Shown one piece after another: positions 55,943 to 64,000 of a stretch of 64,000 nucleotides of DNA. A program made the translations under genes and the position numbers. Below the pieces are notes generated by a model. The model was not told the DNA's origin. It ran no database searches and was given only the letters and a program-made list of their open reading frames with translations. The first letter of the stretch is position 1; every line of letters starts with the position of its first letter. The stretch comes from Arenicellales bacterium (lineage in GTDB: Bacteria; Pseudomonadota; Gammaproteobacteria; Arenicellales; JAJDZL01), in contig OZ243980.1 of assembly GCA_965214875.1 (NCBI GenBank), positions 1,102,190-1,166,189 on the forward strand, given 5' to 3'.

Positions 55943-57235
55943 CTACGGTAATGACAATGACCGCAAGTAGTCGCCAAATGATGGAATTGGAATCTTGTAC
56001 CGTTCCTGTATGCCAGCGGCGGGTGCCAATACTCCTACGTATAGTGCGTCAGTTATGAATTCATCGACGGTTTGACCCTTTTCCTTTCGCGCTGATGTTG
56101 TTAGCGAAGCGATTTCATCGTGCGACAAAGTGTCGCAAAAAGAGCCTTCTTCCCGCCTTGCCGCCAATGCCAGCTTCTTATACAGACTTGCACGATACGA
56201 ACCTGCCTCGATTCTAGCATCATAGTATGCGTTTTTACGCTCAATGCCTTTTTCAACGGCTTCGGCCAGCAAAGCTTGCTCAAGCTTGCCGCCATTGGCA
56301 CGAATGATGCGCCCGGCCGCCACGCCAATCCGGTTGATGTGCTGCGGCCAGCCATGGGACAATTCCGCTAATGCATTGACCCATATATCTGTTTCGCCTT
56401 CCGTTCCGCTGTAGTACGAATTTAGCATTCGCTTTAAGGCGCATTTCGAATCCTCGCCTGACAGCGGCTCAAGATTGGCGACTCGTTCGTCAGCAAGTCT
56501 CGACAACCCGCATTGTGCCAGTACGGTCTTGGTATTGCTCAGACCGAAAAAAGTGGTAACCAAAGAAATTCCCTGAGAATCTCGGTGTAAACAATCAAGA
56601 ACCTGTTTCGTCGTTGGCTGTACCGGTGTGTTTTGAGCTTCATCGATAAAGACGACAAAGAGAATGTTTTTAAGCAATGGAGCGGCATGCCCGAAAAGTT
56701 CTGCCGAAATCTGAAAATCCGAATGTTTGTCGATATCCGACTTGCCACCGACCGAAATCCCCGCTACCGTGAATCCGCGGCGGGACAATTCTTCAATTAT
56801 CTTTTTGCCAAGACCGAGCAAATGCCTCACCTTTTGCGTCTTCGCGCCAGACTCGATATTGGATAATCGCTGAATCTCCGTATCAGTCGCCCTTATAAGA
56901 GAAGACATGACATAGGCTGGCGAACACAAACCTCCTGGTGCGAGCGATACGGCAACCCAAGGTTCTCGAGCGGTCGAATGCTGCCTTACCGCCTCCATGC
57001 ATTCTTGCATCAGCGCCGTCTTGCCGGCACCGGGCGCACCCTGAAAGATTATTGATCCACCGCCAACATTGCCTCTCTGAAGGCTGTTGGCTACTCGGCG
57101 AAAAACTTCAAACTCGGTATCGCGTCCGCAAAAAAATGGCTCCCTGCCGACTTCGGCACGGTCGGTCCGATCAAGCCAATCATTTTCGTCGAGCGGCTGG
57201 GCCGGCAGCGGTTTCGCAAAACTCGATTGATTCAT
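55943..57235 (-). CDS. P-loop AAA-type ATPase (AAA_16-like)
   Basis: FCGRD.E, Walker A GAPGAGKT, Walker B VVFIDEAQ, S.GWPQHI. Confidence 0.88.
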   Translation of the reverse strand: MNQSSFAKPLPAQPLDENDWLDRTDRAEVGREPFFCGRDTEFEVFRRVANSLQRGNVGGGSIIFQGAPGAGKTALMQECMEAVRQHSTAREPWVAVSLAPGGLCSPAYVMSSLIRATDTEIQRLSNIESGAKTQKVRHLLGLGKKIIEELSRRGFTVAGISVGGKSDIDKHSDFQISAELFGHAAPLLKNILFVVFIDEAQNTPVQPTTKQVLDCLHRDSQGISLVTTFFGLSNTKTVLAQCGLSRLADERVANLEPLSGEDSKCALKRMLNSYYSGTEGETDIWVNALAELSHGWPQHINRIGVAAGRIIRANGGKLEQALLAEAVEKGIERKNAYYDARIEAGSYRASLYKKLALAARREEGSFCDTLSHDEIASLTTSARKEKGQTVDEFITDALYVGVLAPAAGIQERYKIPIPSFGDYLRSLSLP

Positions 57236-57442
57236 ATACTTTGATAATAATTATTGTTGAGTAACTGTTATCGACTTTGCCATTAACCGCCTAATGGAAA
57301 AGAGTGATGAGGAAAAACGCTCAAATTGCTTTCAGTCCAATCAAAAACGCAACCCGTCCCGTTAACTTCCTTTCCTCCTCTAGTAACGTCCGCTAACATT
57401 GCTACTACCCATGCATCCGTTGGATCATCCCGCATGACACGC

Positions 57443-57680
57443 CTAATCAGGTAGCGGCAATGACCGCAAGTAGTTGCCGAATGACGGAATTGGAATCTTG
57501 TACCGTTCGCATGCCAACGAAGGTGCCAATACCCCTGCGTGCGGCGTGTCAGTTATGAATTCATCGACGGTTTGACCTTTTTCGTCTCGTGCCGATGTTG
57601 TCAGCGAAGCGATTTCATCGCGCGACAAAGCATCGCAAAAAAGCATTCTTGCCGCCACTGCAAGTTTTTGTATAAGCTTG
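57443..57680 (-). pseudogene. Orphan duplicate of the ATPase C-terminus
   Basis: FCDALSRDEIASLTTSAR.EKGQTVDEFITD...ERYKIPIPSFG.YLRSL matches about 55943-56180. Confidence 0.85.
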
Positions 57681-57758
57681 TGTAAGAGGTGATTACGAAG
57701 TTTATCAATAGGTGGAATAGCGAATTTTGGGAATTACATGCAATAGTGACGAAAGTAG

Positions 57759-57962
57759 TCAGGTATCTTTACCTTTGATTCCGTCTCTTATTCCGTACAA
57801 GATTCTGCTGGCTAATTCTGCAATACTTTCCATGCCATATCTTTTTGCAAGAGGGATTAACACAAGCAACTGCAGTATTAGGGTTGCAACAGGAACCGCC
57901 CAATTATCAGTTGGGTACCAAAACAACAAATTTAAAAGAACTATCACGCATACTATTGCCAA
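57759..57962 (-). CDS. Small membrane protein, possible cognate toxin (start uncertain)
   Basis: Two hydrophobic segments; directly downstream of the Panacea gene in AT-rich DNA. Confidence 0.45.
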   Translation of the reverse strand: MAIVCVIVLLNLLFWYPTDNWAVPVATLILQLLVLIPLAKRYGMESIAELASRILYGIRDGIKGKDT

Positions 57963-57997
57963 AAACCTTTCTTCTTTTCGAGAATCTTCTAATTCAG

Positions 57998-58463
57998 TTA
58001 TTCGCTTTTGTCTTTGCTTTTTGCTTTTTTGACTCTGCGCTCGTATTCGTCCAATATATCTTCGTTCGGTATTCTGATCCCTCTCACGCCAGGAATGTAG
58101 TTATTGCTCCATGCGCCATCTTTCCAATGAGTTATTGCAACTAATTTTGATCCTGAAAATCGAGATAAAAAAATCATATGAATAGTTTAGATATTCCTTT
58201 ATTTCATCATCAACATCGTTTGATGCATGAAAAATATTTCTAACAGGCCTGGATCCATATATTTTTGCTTCTCGATAAAGGTCGGGATGAACTGGACCTA
58301 AATCCCATGCCTCAAAATACCCATTCAGCAAAAGATTTCCATCACGGGTTCCCATGAAAAACATGTGGGCAATGTAAAGCATTTTTTGCATTTCCAGATT
58401 AGATAATGTCCAATTTGAACATTTCCCCAATTCCTTGGCGGCAGATAACACATTCACGCTCAT
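57998..58463 (-). pseudogene. Panacea (DUF4065/GepA/SocA-like) antitoxin with +1 frameshift in a T7 run
   Basis: LSNLEMQKMLY, FEAWDLGPV. After the run at 58167-58173 the alternate frame gives LSRFSGSKLVAITHWKDGAW..IPNEDILDEY to TAA at 57998. Confidence 0.8.
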
Positions 58464-58608
58464 TGCTAAATAAATATGGAATGTTTGTTGAAAATTTTGC
58501 CATCATCTGCCATCATCAAGTAATAATGGCATCATCGGTTTAGTATACAAGAGGCAGTGACACAATGGCAAATTCAGCACCCGGCAAGCCAAGGTAACGC
58601 AAAATGAG

Positions 58609-58692
58609 TATCTCGGACGCTATGTCGGCGAGTTTGCGGGCCGACACAATATCCGCGCACTCGACACTATCGATCAGACGGCATCGATAGCC
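58609..58692 (+). mobile_element. IS1595-family transposase C-terminal scrap
   Basis: Translates YLGRYVGEFAGRHNIRALDTIDQT. Confidence 0.65.
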
Positions 58693-58693
58693 T

Positions 58694-59040
58694 CCGGGCA
58701 CCAGCATCTCCGGCGGCAAGCGGCTCGACCGCGCCAAAGGGCGCGGCGGCGCCCAGATCGCCGGCCAGTCGCTGCGGGCGGGCGCGATGTGCCTGCGGCG
58801 CGACCAAAGCCCGCTCGGCGACCGGCATCGCGGCTGCTGCGCGATAGCCGACCCGCCGCACGCCAGCTCGCGCGCATCGTCTACGCGATGGCGGTGCCAG
58901 GCAAGCCAGGCAGTGAAGAGCCGGCGCGGCAGGCCGAGCTCCAGCAGCGGCAGTTCAAGGTCCGCCAGGTCAAGCGGCCGAGGCTCGAAGCGCTGGACAA
59001 GGATGGCGACATTATCCGATTGGAACGGACGCTTGCGTGA
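58694..59040 (+). mobile_element. IS110-family transposase C-terminal scrap
   Basis: PGTSISGGKRL, MCLRRDQSPLGDRHR, ARQLARIVYAM; GC-rich. Confidence 0.65.
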
Positions 59041-59161
59041 ACCTGAAGGCCATGCCGGAGAGTTTTAGTTTCTGCAAAGCTTGAGCGGCAGAAAAAACTT
59101 GTCTTACGTTTTCTCATTTGCATCGCTATAAAATAGTATATACCGCATATTTTTCCGGAGC

Positions 59162-59413
59162 ATGATTATGAAAACAGTTTCATTAACTTTTGCAAACCAG
59201 AATTTCTCGAAAGTGGTTGGCGAAGTAGAGCATGGCGAGGCCTTCATAATCACAAGGCGCGACAGGCCCATTGCAACCTTAACTCCTCAAATTATTGACA
59301 AGACTAAGAATGCTCAGTGGCAAAAATCTCGCTCACGCTTGTCGGAGATTATGAAAGAGGGGGCATCCATGGGCGGGTTGAAGGTCAATCGTGAGGAACT
59401 TTATGACCGCTAG
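59162..59413 (+). CDS. Phd/YefM-family antitoxin
   Basis: MKTVS...ANQNFSKVV.EVEHGE...ITRR.RPIA.L, ends REELYDR and overlaps the toxin start. Confidence 0.88.
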   Translation: MIMKTVSLTFANQNFSKVVGEVEHGEAFIITRRDRPIATLTPQIIDKTKNAQWQKSRSRLSEIMKEGASMGGLKVNREELYDR

Positions 59414-59866
59414 ACATCGATTTTCAATTGATACGAATAACCTTGTTTACGCGGTCGACCTTGACGCAGGCATCCGTCACGAAATATCCAAATTCATTAT
59501 CAATAGAGACGTGCTATGTGATTGCGTACTGCCTGTACAAGTACTGGCAGAGTTTTTTTCTATGCCACTATGCGCAAGCAAATCCTGCCCGTTGATCATG
59601 CAAAAGATTTCTTAGAGAAATGCATGGATCTTTTCACGTTGACTGAGGCGAATCCTGAAGCATTGATTGACGCGACCCGCTTCGTTGAAGCGCACATAAT
59701 TTCTTTCTGGGATGCCATGCTCTGGGCGATGTCGCAGCAATCAGGCTGCACAGTAATGCTTAGTGATGCTATGTAGGATGGCTGCTGGCTTGGAAGCACT
59801 GAAATCATCAACCCGTTTGAGCAAGAAAATGAGGCAAGGATTGATCTCCTGCTCCAACCCGAGTGA
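59403..59866 (+). pseudogene. PIN-domain (VapC) toxin, frameshift plus nonsense codon
   Basis: IDTNNLVYA, QVLAEFF, frameshift at T7 (59553-59559), SFWDAMLWA, TAG at 59774, then DG...EIINPF. Confidence 0.85.
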
Positions 59867-60203
59867 TATCGGCATGAAGCATTCACGCTGAACAGACGGC
59901 GTTTTTTCAAAATGGCGCCAATCTAGCAATCTGCTAAAGCAACCAAATGATCAAGGATTCGAAATCACGCAAGCTTATCGAAAACAAGATGTTCAACTAT
60001 GTCTGCGCAGTTCATGCAAACACTTAAATTGATGGACTTTTTGCCGGTATCTGGCTCTTGTTCTTTTCTTTACAGCGTGGTAGCCGAAGGCGGACTATGA
60101 CCACTCATAGCCTCGAGTAGAAGCGGTTTCGGACACGACCACTTTGCAGCGAACTAACATATCGCGCATCCCGGTGTTTGCCTGCTTGGGCATTCGCTAC
60201 CTT

Positions 60204-61589
60204 TCACCAGTCTCGAACAGCTGAATTGCCGAGCGCAGACTCGCGACCAAGCCGAATGTCATGCATCATGCCGGCATCGCGCGGTTCAGGCTGCTTATGA
60301 ATTTTTCCATCCTTCATAATCATCACCAGCCGTTTTTTGTCCTGAAGCACCCGAACATCTGCAACCGGATCGCCATCGACCAGCAATAGATCAGCTAGAT
60401 ATCCCTCCTTGATCATGCCAAGCTCATGGCCCATTCCCATAATTTCTCCTCCATAGCGCGTAGCAGCCTGAATCGCCTCCATCGGCGACATGCCGATCAT
60501 ATCGACGAAATACTCGATATCCTTTGCATTGGTGCCATGAGGAGTCCACGCAAATCCGTAGTCCCCGCCGATCAGAACACGGATGCCTCGGCGGTGCATT
60601 TTTTGCATGCTTTCAAGCGCCGCCTCCAATTCCCGTTCATAAGCTTCGGTGATCGGCGTGCCCGGCTGGATTCCGTATTCAGCCGCGTTGCGCGCGGTAT
60701 TGATCAGCCAGGCTAGTCCAGGAGCAACAAAGTGCTTGTCCTTATTGGCTTCGAGCATGTCCAAAGCCTCTTCATCAGTGAACGACGCGTGGTAGACAAA
60801 GTCGATACCATGCTCGACGCATTTTTTGATTGACTCCTTGGAGCGGGCGTGCGCTGCCATCTTCTTTCCGCGCCGCTTCGCTTCGCTGGCCGCCATCGCA
60901 ATCTCCTCGTCGGAGAACTGATTGTGCTGAGCTGGCATCCCCGTGATCTCTTCGCCCGAAAGGTTGATCTTGATGGTATCAACATCCCATTTGATCAACT
61001 CGCGCACCGTGCGACGGACCTCTTCGGGCCCGGAAACAACAATTCCAAGATTAAGTCCTTCGTGCGGTATGTGCGGCAGGCTCGCATCGCCAAGACCTCC
61101 GACCGAAGTGATTTCTGGCCCGGCTGCCGTATACCGAGGTCCCGGAAACTTTCCCTCGTTGATCGCGTTTCGAATCACTACATCCAAGCGCGGCTTGGCC
61201 GCAGCAGCGCCGCACCCGGCTGTAAAACCGGCGTCAATCAGAACTTTCGCCATCTCAATGCAGTTGATGACGTGCTCTTCAACCGGCATCATCTGAATCG
61301 GTTCGATGCCCGGAGCGTTGTTCCACGAAAGATGAAGATGTCCATCAATCAATCCGGGCATCAGCGTCATGCCGCGCCCATCAATCCGCACGCTGCCATT
61401 GCCGCCCCACGAATAGCCATTCGAATCCGATCGCGATACTGACTTGATGCGATTGCCCGAAACCATGACTTCGCCGCTATACGGTACATTCCCGCTGGCA
61501 TCCAGAATCTTGACGTTGGTGAACAAGATGTCTTGGTTGTTGCGGGCGGCCCCATTGCTGCCGTTCCAGCTGTAGTTATTCTCTGCCAT
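60204..61589 (-). CDS. Metal-dependent amidohydrolase (Xaa-Pro dipeptidase-like)
   Basis: LMPGLIDGHLH, AAHA, YHASF, GGDYG, G.I.EGYLADLLLVDGDP. Confidence 0.92.
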   Translation of the reverse strand: MAENNYSWNGSNGAARNNQDILFTNVKILDASGNVPYSGEVMVSGNRIKSVSRSDSNGYSWGGNGSVRIDGRGMTLMPGLIDGHLHLSWNNAPGIEPIQMMPVEEHVINCIEMAKVLIDAGFTAGCGAAAAKPRLDVVIRNAINEGKFPGPRYTAAGPEITSVGGLGDASLPHIPHEGLNLGIVVSGPEEVRRTVRELIKWDVDTIKINLSGEEITGMPAQHNQFSDEEIAMAASEAKRRGKKMAAHARSKESIKKCVEHGIDFVYHASFTDEEALDMLEANKDKHFVAPGLAWLINTARNAAEYGIQPGTPITEAYERELEAALESMQKMHRRGIRVLIGGDYGFAWTPHGTNAKDIEYFVDMIGMSPMEAIQAATRYGGEIMGMGHELGMIKEGYLADLLLVDGDPVADVRVLQDKKRLVMIMKDGKIHKQPEPRDAGMMHDIRLGRESALGNSAVRDW

Positions 61590-61617
61590 CACAAATACTC
61601 CCAATAATTATCTTGAT

Positions 61618-62406
61618 CTATCCCGCCACTTGTTCTAGATGATTGCGCAAAAGTCCGGTTGAACGTCTTGCATCTTCAACCATTATCCAATGTCCTGCGC
61701 CCGCGACTACTTCAAGTTGCGCATGCCGAATGTTCGCCTTTAGCTGTTGCGCCATGGCAACTGGCGCCACACTGTCATGCCCGCCGGCGATCAGCATGGT
61801 TGGACATTGGATCAGCCCATGGTCTGCCGCAGCCGCTTCGCTCAGTGCCTCGCAATGCGCTGCATACCCTATCGGGTCCTGTCGCATCAGGCTCTCGCGA
61901 ACAAACGCCTGAGCTGAAGGGTTGTTGCGATGCGTCTCATCGGCAATGCTCGCTGTCGCAACTGCCTCAGCTATTCCGGCCATGCCGGAAGCGCGGGCGT
62001 CTATTGCTCGCTCCTTTAGCCGAAGGCGCGCCTCAGGTGGCGGCTCTAACATGGCACCGAACAAGGTTAAGCTCGCCACCATTTCAGGAGATTGTGCAGC
62101 CATATGCTGACAAACCAGCGTCCCCAGCGAATGGCCGACAAGGTGTGCCTTTTGAATGCCTGCCACCGCAAATACTTCCCTCACCGCAGAGACCAAACCG
62201 GAGATGCCTTTAAGGCTTGCACGATAGCGTGAACGGCCTGCGCCAGGCAAATCGGGGCGGAGCACCCGGTACTCGCCAAGATTTTGCATCAGTGTTTGAA
62301 AGCTGTTTGAAGACCCGCCAAGTCCATGTACCATTACAATTGCGGGACCGTCGCCCTGGTCTTCGATCGCCATGCTGCCAAAGTTGAGGCTTGTCATGCG
62401 CACCAC
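61618..62406 (-). CDS. Alpha/beta hydrolase
   Basis: VHGLGG, DLPGAGRS, GHSLG nucleophile elbow, GHW. Confidence 0.92.
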   Translation of the reverse strand: MVRMTSLNFGSMAIEDQGDGPAIVMVHGLGGSSNSFQTLMQNLGEYRVLRPDLPGAGRSRYRASLKGISGLVSAVREVFAVAGIQKAHLVGHSLGTLVCQHMAAQSPEMVASLTLFGAMLEPPPEARLRLKERAIDARASGMAGIAEAVATASIADETHRNNPSAQAFVRESLMRQDPIGYAAHCEALSEAAAADHGLIQCPTMLIAGGHDSVAPVAMAQQLKANIRHAQLEVVAGAGHWIMVEDARRSTGLLRNHLEQVAG

Positions 62407-62412
62407 CTCGAA

Positions 62413-63882
62413 TCAGTGTTCTGGGATCAGCACGATTGCACCGGATGTCTCGCGCTGCTGCAAGGCGCGGTGCGCCTCTGCTACTTGCCTGAGCCCATAC
62501 TTGTGCTTGACCTGAATCTTCAGTATCTTTTGCTCGATAGCTGAAAATAGACGCTTTGTGATCGACTCCAGACTTTTCCGCGAGCCTGCGTAGTGGAGGT
62601 AGTTTGGCCGCGAGACTTTCGCTGAGCACGACGCGAGCGAACCGATGTCCCGGTTGCCGATGTCGCCTGATGCCTGGCCGTAGCTGACAAGGTGCCCGCA
62701 AACGGCAAGGCTGGCAATCGATTGCGCAAAGCTGTTCCGCCCGACTGCATCATAGATCACGTCAGCGCCGTGCCCATCGGTCAGTTCACGAACCTGATCT
62801 GACAAGCTCATCTCGCCAGGCGTAATGACATGATGAGCACCCGCCGCAATTGCTGCTTCAATCTTGGCCGGGCTTGTCGTAGCTCCGATCACAGTTGCGC
62901 CGAGATGGCGAGCCCACTGACAAAGAAGATGGCCGACACCGCCGGCCGGGGCATGCACCAGAACTATCTGCCCTTCTGACAGCGGATGAACCCGATGCAG
63001 CAAGAACTCGGCAGTGATTCCTTTTAGCAGACTGCCAGCCGCAAGCTTGTAGTCGATCGAATCCGGCAAAGCCACCACAAGATCAGCATCCATAGTGCGC
63101 ACCGATGCATAGGCTCCAAGCGGCGGACAGGCATAGGCGACACGCTGTCCCTTTTGCAAGTGCGCAACGTCCGCTCCAACATCGACCACCTCGCCGGCCG
63201 CCTCCATCCCCAGTATTGCTGGCGGACTGGCCAAGCCAAAGTAGCCGGTGCGGCAATACACATCGATGTAGTTCACCCCGATCGCATGCTGGCGAATTCT
63301 GACCTGGTTCGGTTGTGGCAAGCTTGCGGCGGCAGTTCGACTTTGAAACACCTCCGGTCCTCCATATCTGCTTATTGCCATGGCATGCCCGCTGAGCGCA
63401 GTTTCATCTGCAACTTCAGCAATTGCTGGCCGCTCTAATCGCTTTCGCTCACCTACCACCGCCCGCACCGCTTCGAAGCCAGCTTCATAGACTTGCTCTG
63501 CGACCACAGCGGCTAGCTCCTGCTCTTGACCCTTCGGGGTATCGAAACGGGATTGCCATGACCAGAATGTTTGATTGCCGTTCGTAACTGTGAAAAGCGA
63601 GACCTCAGCAACATAATTGCGCAAAGGGATCTCGCTTTCAACAATCGCGTAGCGAAAGCTGTGATCCTTGTCGGACAATGTCAACAATTGCTCGCGCAGT
63701 CGCTGACCGCCTGTAAGCTTGAAATTGCGGATTGCGCCGATCTCGTCTGAGCTCCGCGCATTTTCGATATAGCTGCTTGCTACCGCCGGATGCCAGCGGT
63801 AATGGTCATTGAAATCCCGCACCACCGCCCACACCGCTGAAACCGGTGCGTCAATGACCGTGCTGCGAACCACTCGGACCAT
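62413..63882 (-). CDS. SRPBCC (polyketide cyclase-like) domain fused to a quinone oxidoreductase (MDR family)
   Basis: N-terminal IDAP...VW..VRDFN...WHP..REQLL.LSD; C-terminal GVNYID, GMEAAG, AGGVG, YGQASG. Confidence 0.9.
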   Translation of the reverse strand: MVRVVRSTVIDAPVSAVWAVVRDFNDHYRWHPAVASSYIENARSSDEIGAIRNFKLTGGQRLREQLLTLSDKDHSFRYAIVESEIPLRNYVAEVSLFTVTNGNQTFWSWQSRFDTPKGQEQELAAVVAEQVYEAGFEAVRAVVGERKRLERPAIAEVADETALSGHAMAISRYGGPEVFQSRTAAASLPQPNQVRIRQHAIGVNYIDVYCRTGYFGLASPPAILGMEAAGEVVDVGADVAHLQKGQRVAYACPPLGAYASVRTMDADLVVALPDSIDYKLAAGSLLKGITAEFLLHRVHPLSEGQIVLVHAPAGGVGHLLCQWARHLGATVIGATTSPAKIEAAIAAGAHHVITPGEMSLSDQVRELTDGHGADVIYDAVGRNSFAQSIASLAVCGHLVSYGQASGDIGNRDIGSLASCSAKVSRPNYLHYAGSRKSLESITKRLFSAIEQKILKIQVKHKYGLRQVAEAHRALQQRETSGAIVLIPEH

Positions 63883-63883
63883 G

Positions 63884-64000
63884 TCAGGTTCTCAATTGTT
63901 GCTCCAACGCGTCAAAGCCTGCCTGAAACACTCCTCGCCCGATCTGCTCGGTCAGTGCGGCCTCCTTGCCAGCTTCGCACTCGAATTCGGCCGACCACTC
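63884..64000 (-). CDS. SRPBCC-family protein, C-terminal part (runs off the window)
   Basis: EWSAEFEC...GVFQAGFDAL, similar to the end of the SRPBCC domain in the next gene. Confidence 0.7.
   Translation of the reverse strand, partial: EWSAEFECEAGKEAALTEQIGRGVFQAGFDALEQQLRT

Overview
Chromosomal window of a mid-GC bacterium with gammaproteobacterial-type gene order. The core blocks are gyrA-pheA-hisC-tyrA-aroA-cmk-rpsA-ihfB-lapA-lapB-MTI/MTA phosphorylase, csiV/def/mfd, an ATP-grasp/alpha-E/transglutaminase operon, a sulfatase, ispDF, smr-trxB, ftsK-lolA-rarA-serS and aceF-lpdA. Accessory DNA includes decayed IS elements (ISNCY-like, IS1380 with intact ends and target duplication, three IS481 derivatives, IS1595 and IS110 scraps), small secreted Calx-beta/FN3-like proteins, a decaying toxin-antitoxin/ATPase island and an SRPBCC/hydrolase cluster. 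No rRNA, tRNA or CRISPR array was seen. Three signals stand out. (1) The IS remnants appear to have decayed by A:T to G:C transitions, opposite to the usual bacterial bias, while neighbouring single-copy neutral DNA is AT-rich. (2) Two unrelated secreted beta-sandwich proteins each carry a G/C homopolymer inside the signal-peptide coding region that puts them out of frame, as in phase variation. (3) A 54-60 kb island contains repeated orphan gene 3' ends. All family assignments come from motif recognition by eye; no searches were run.
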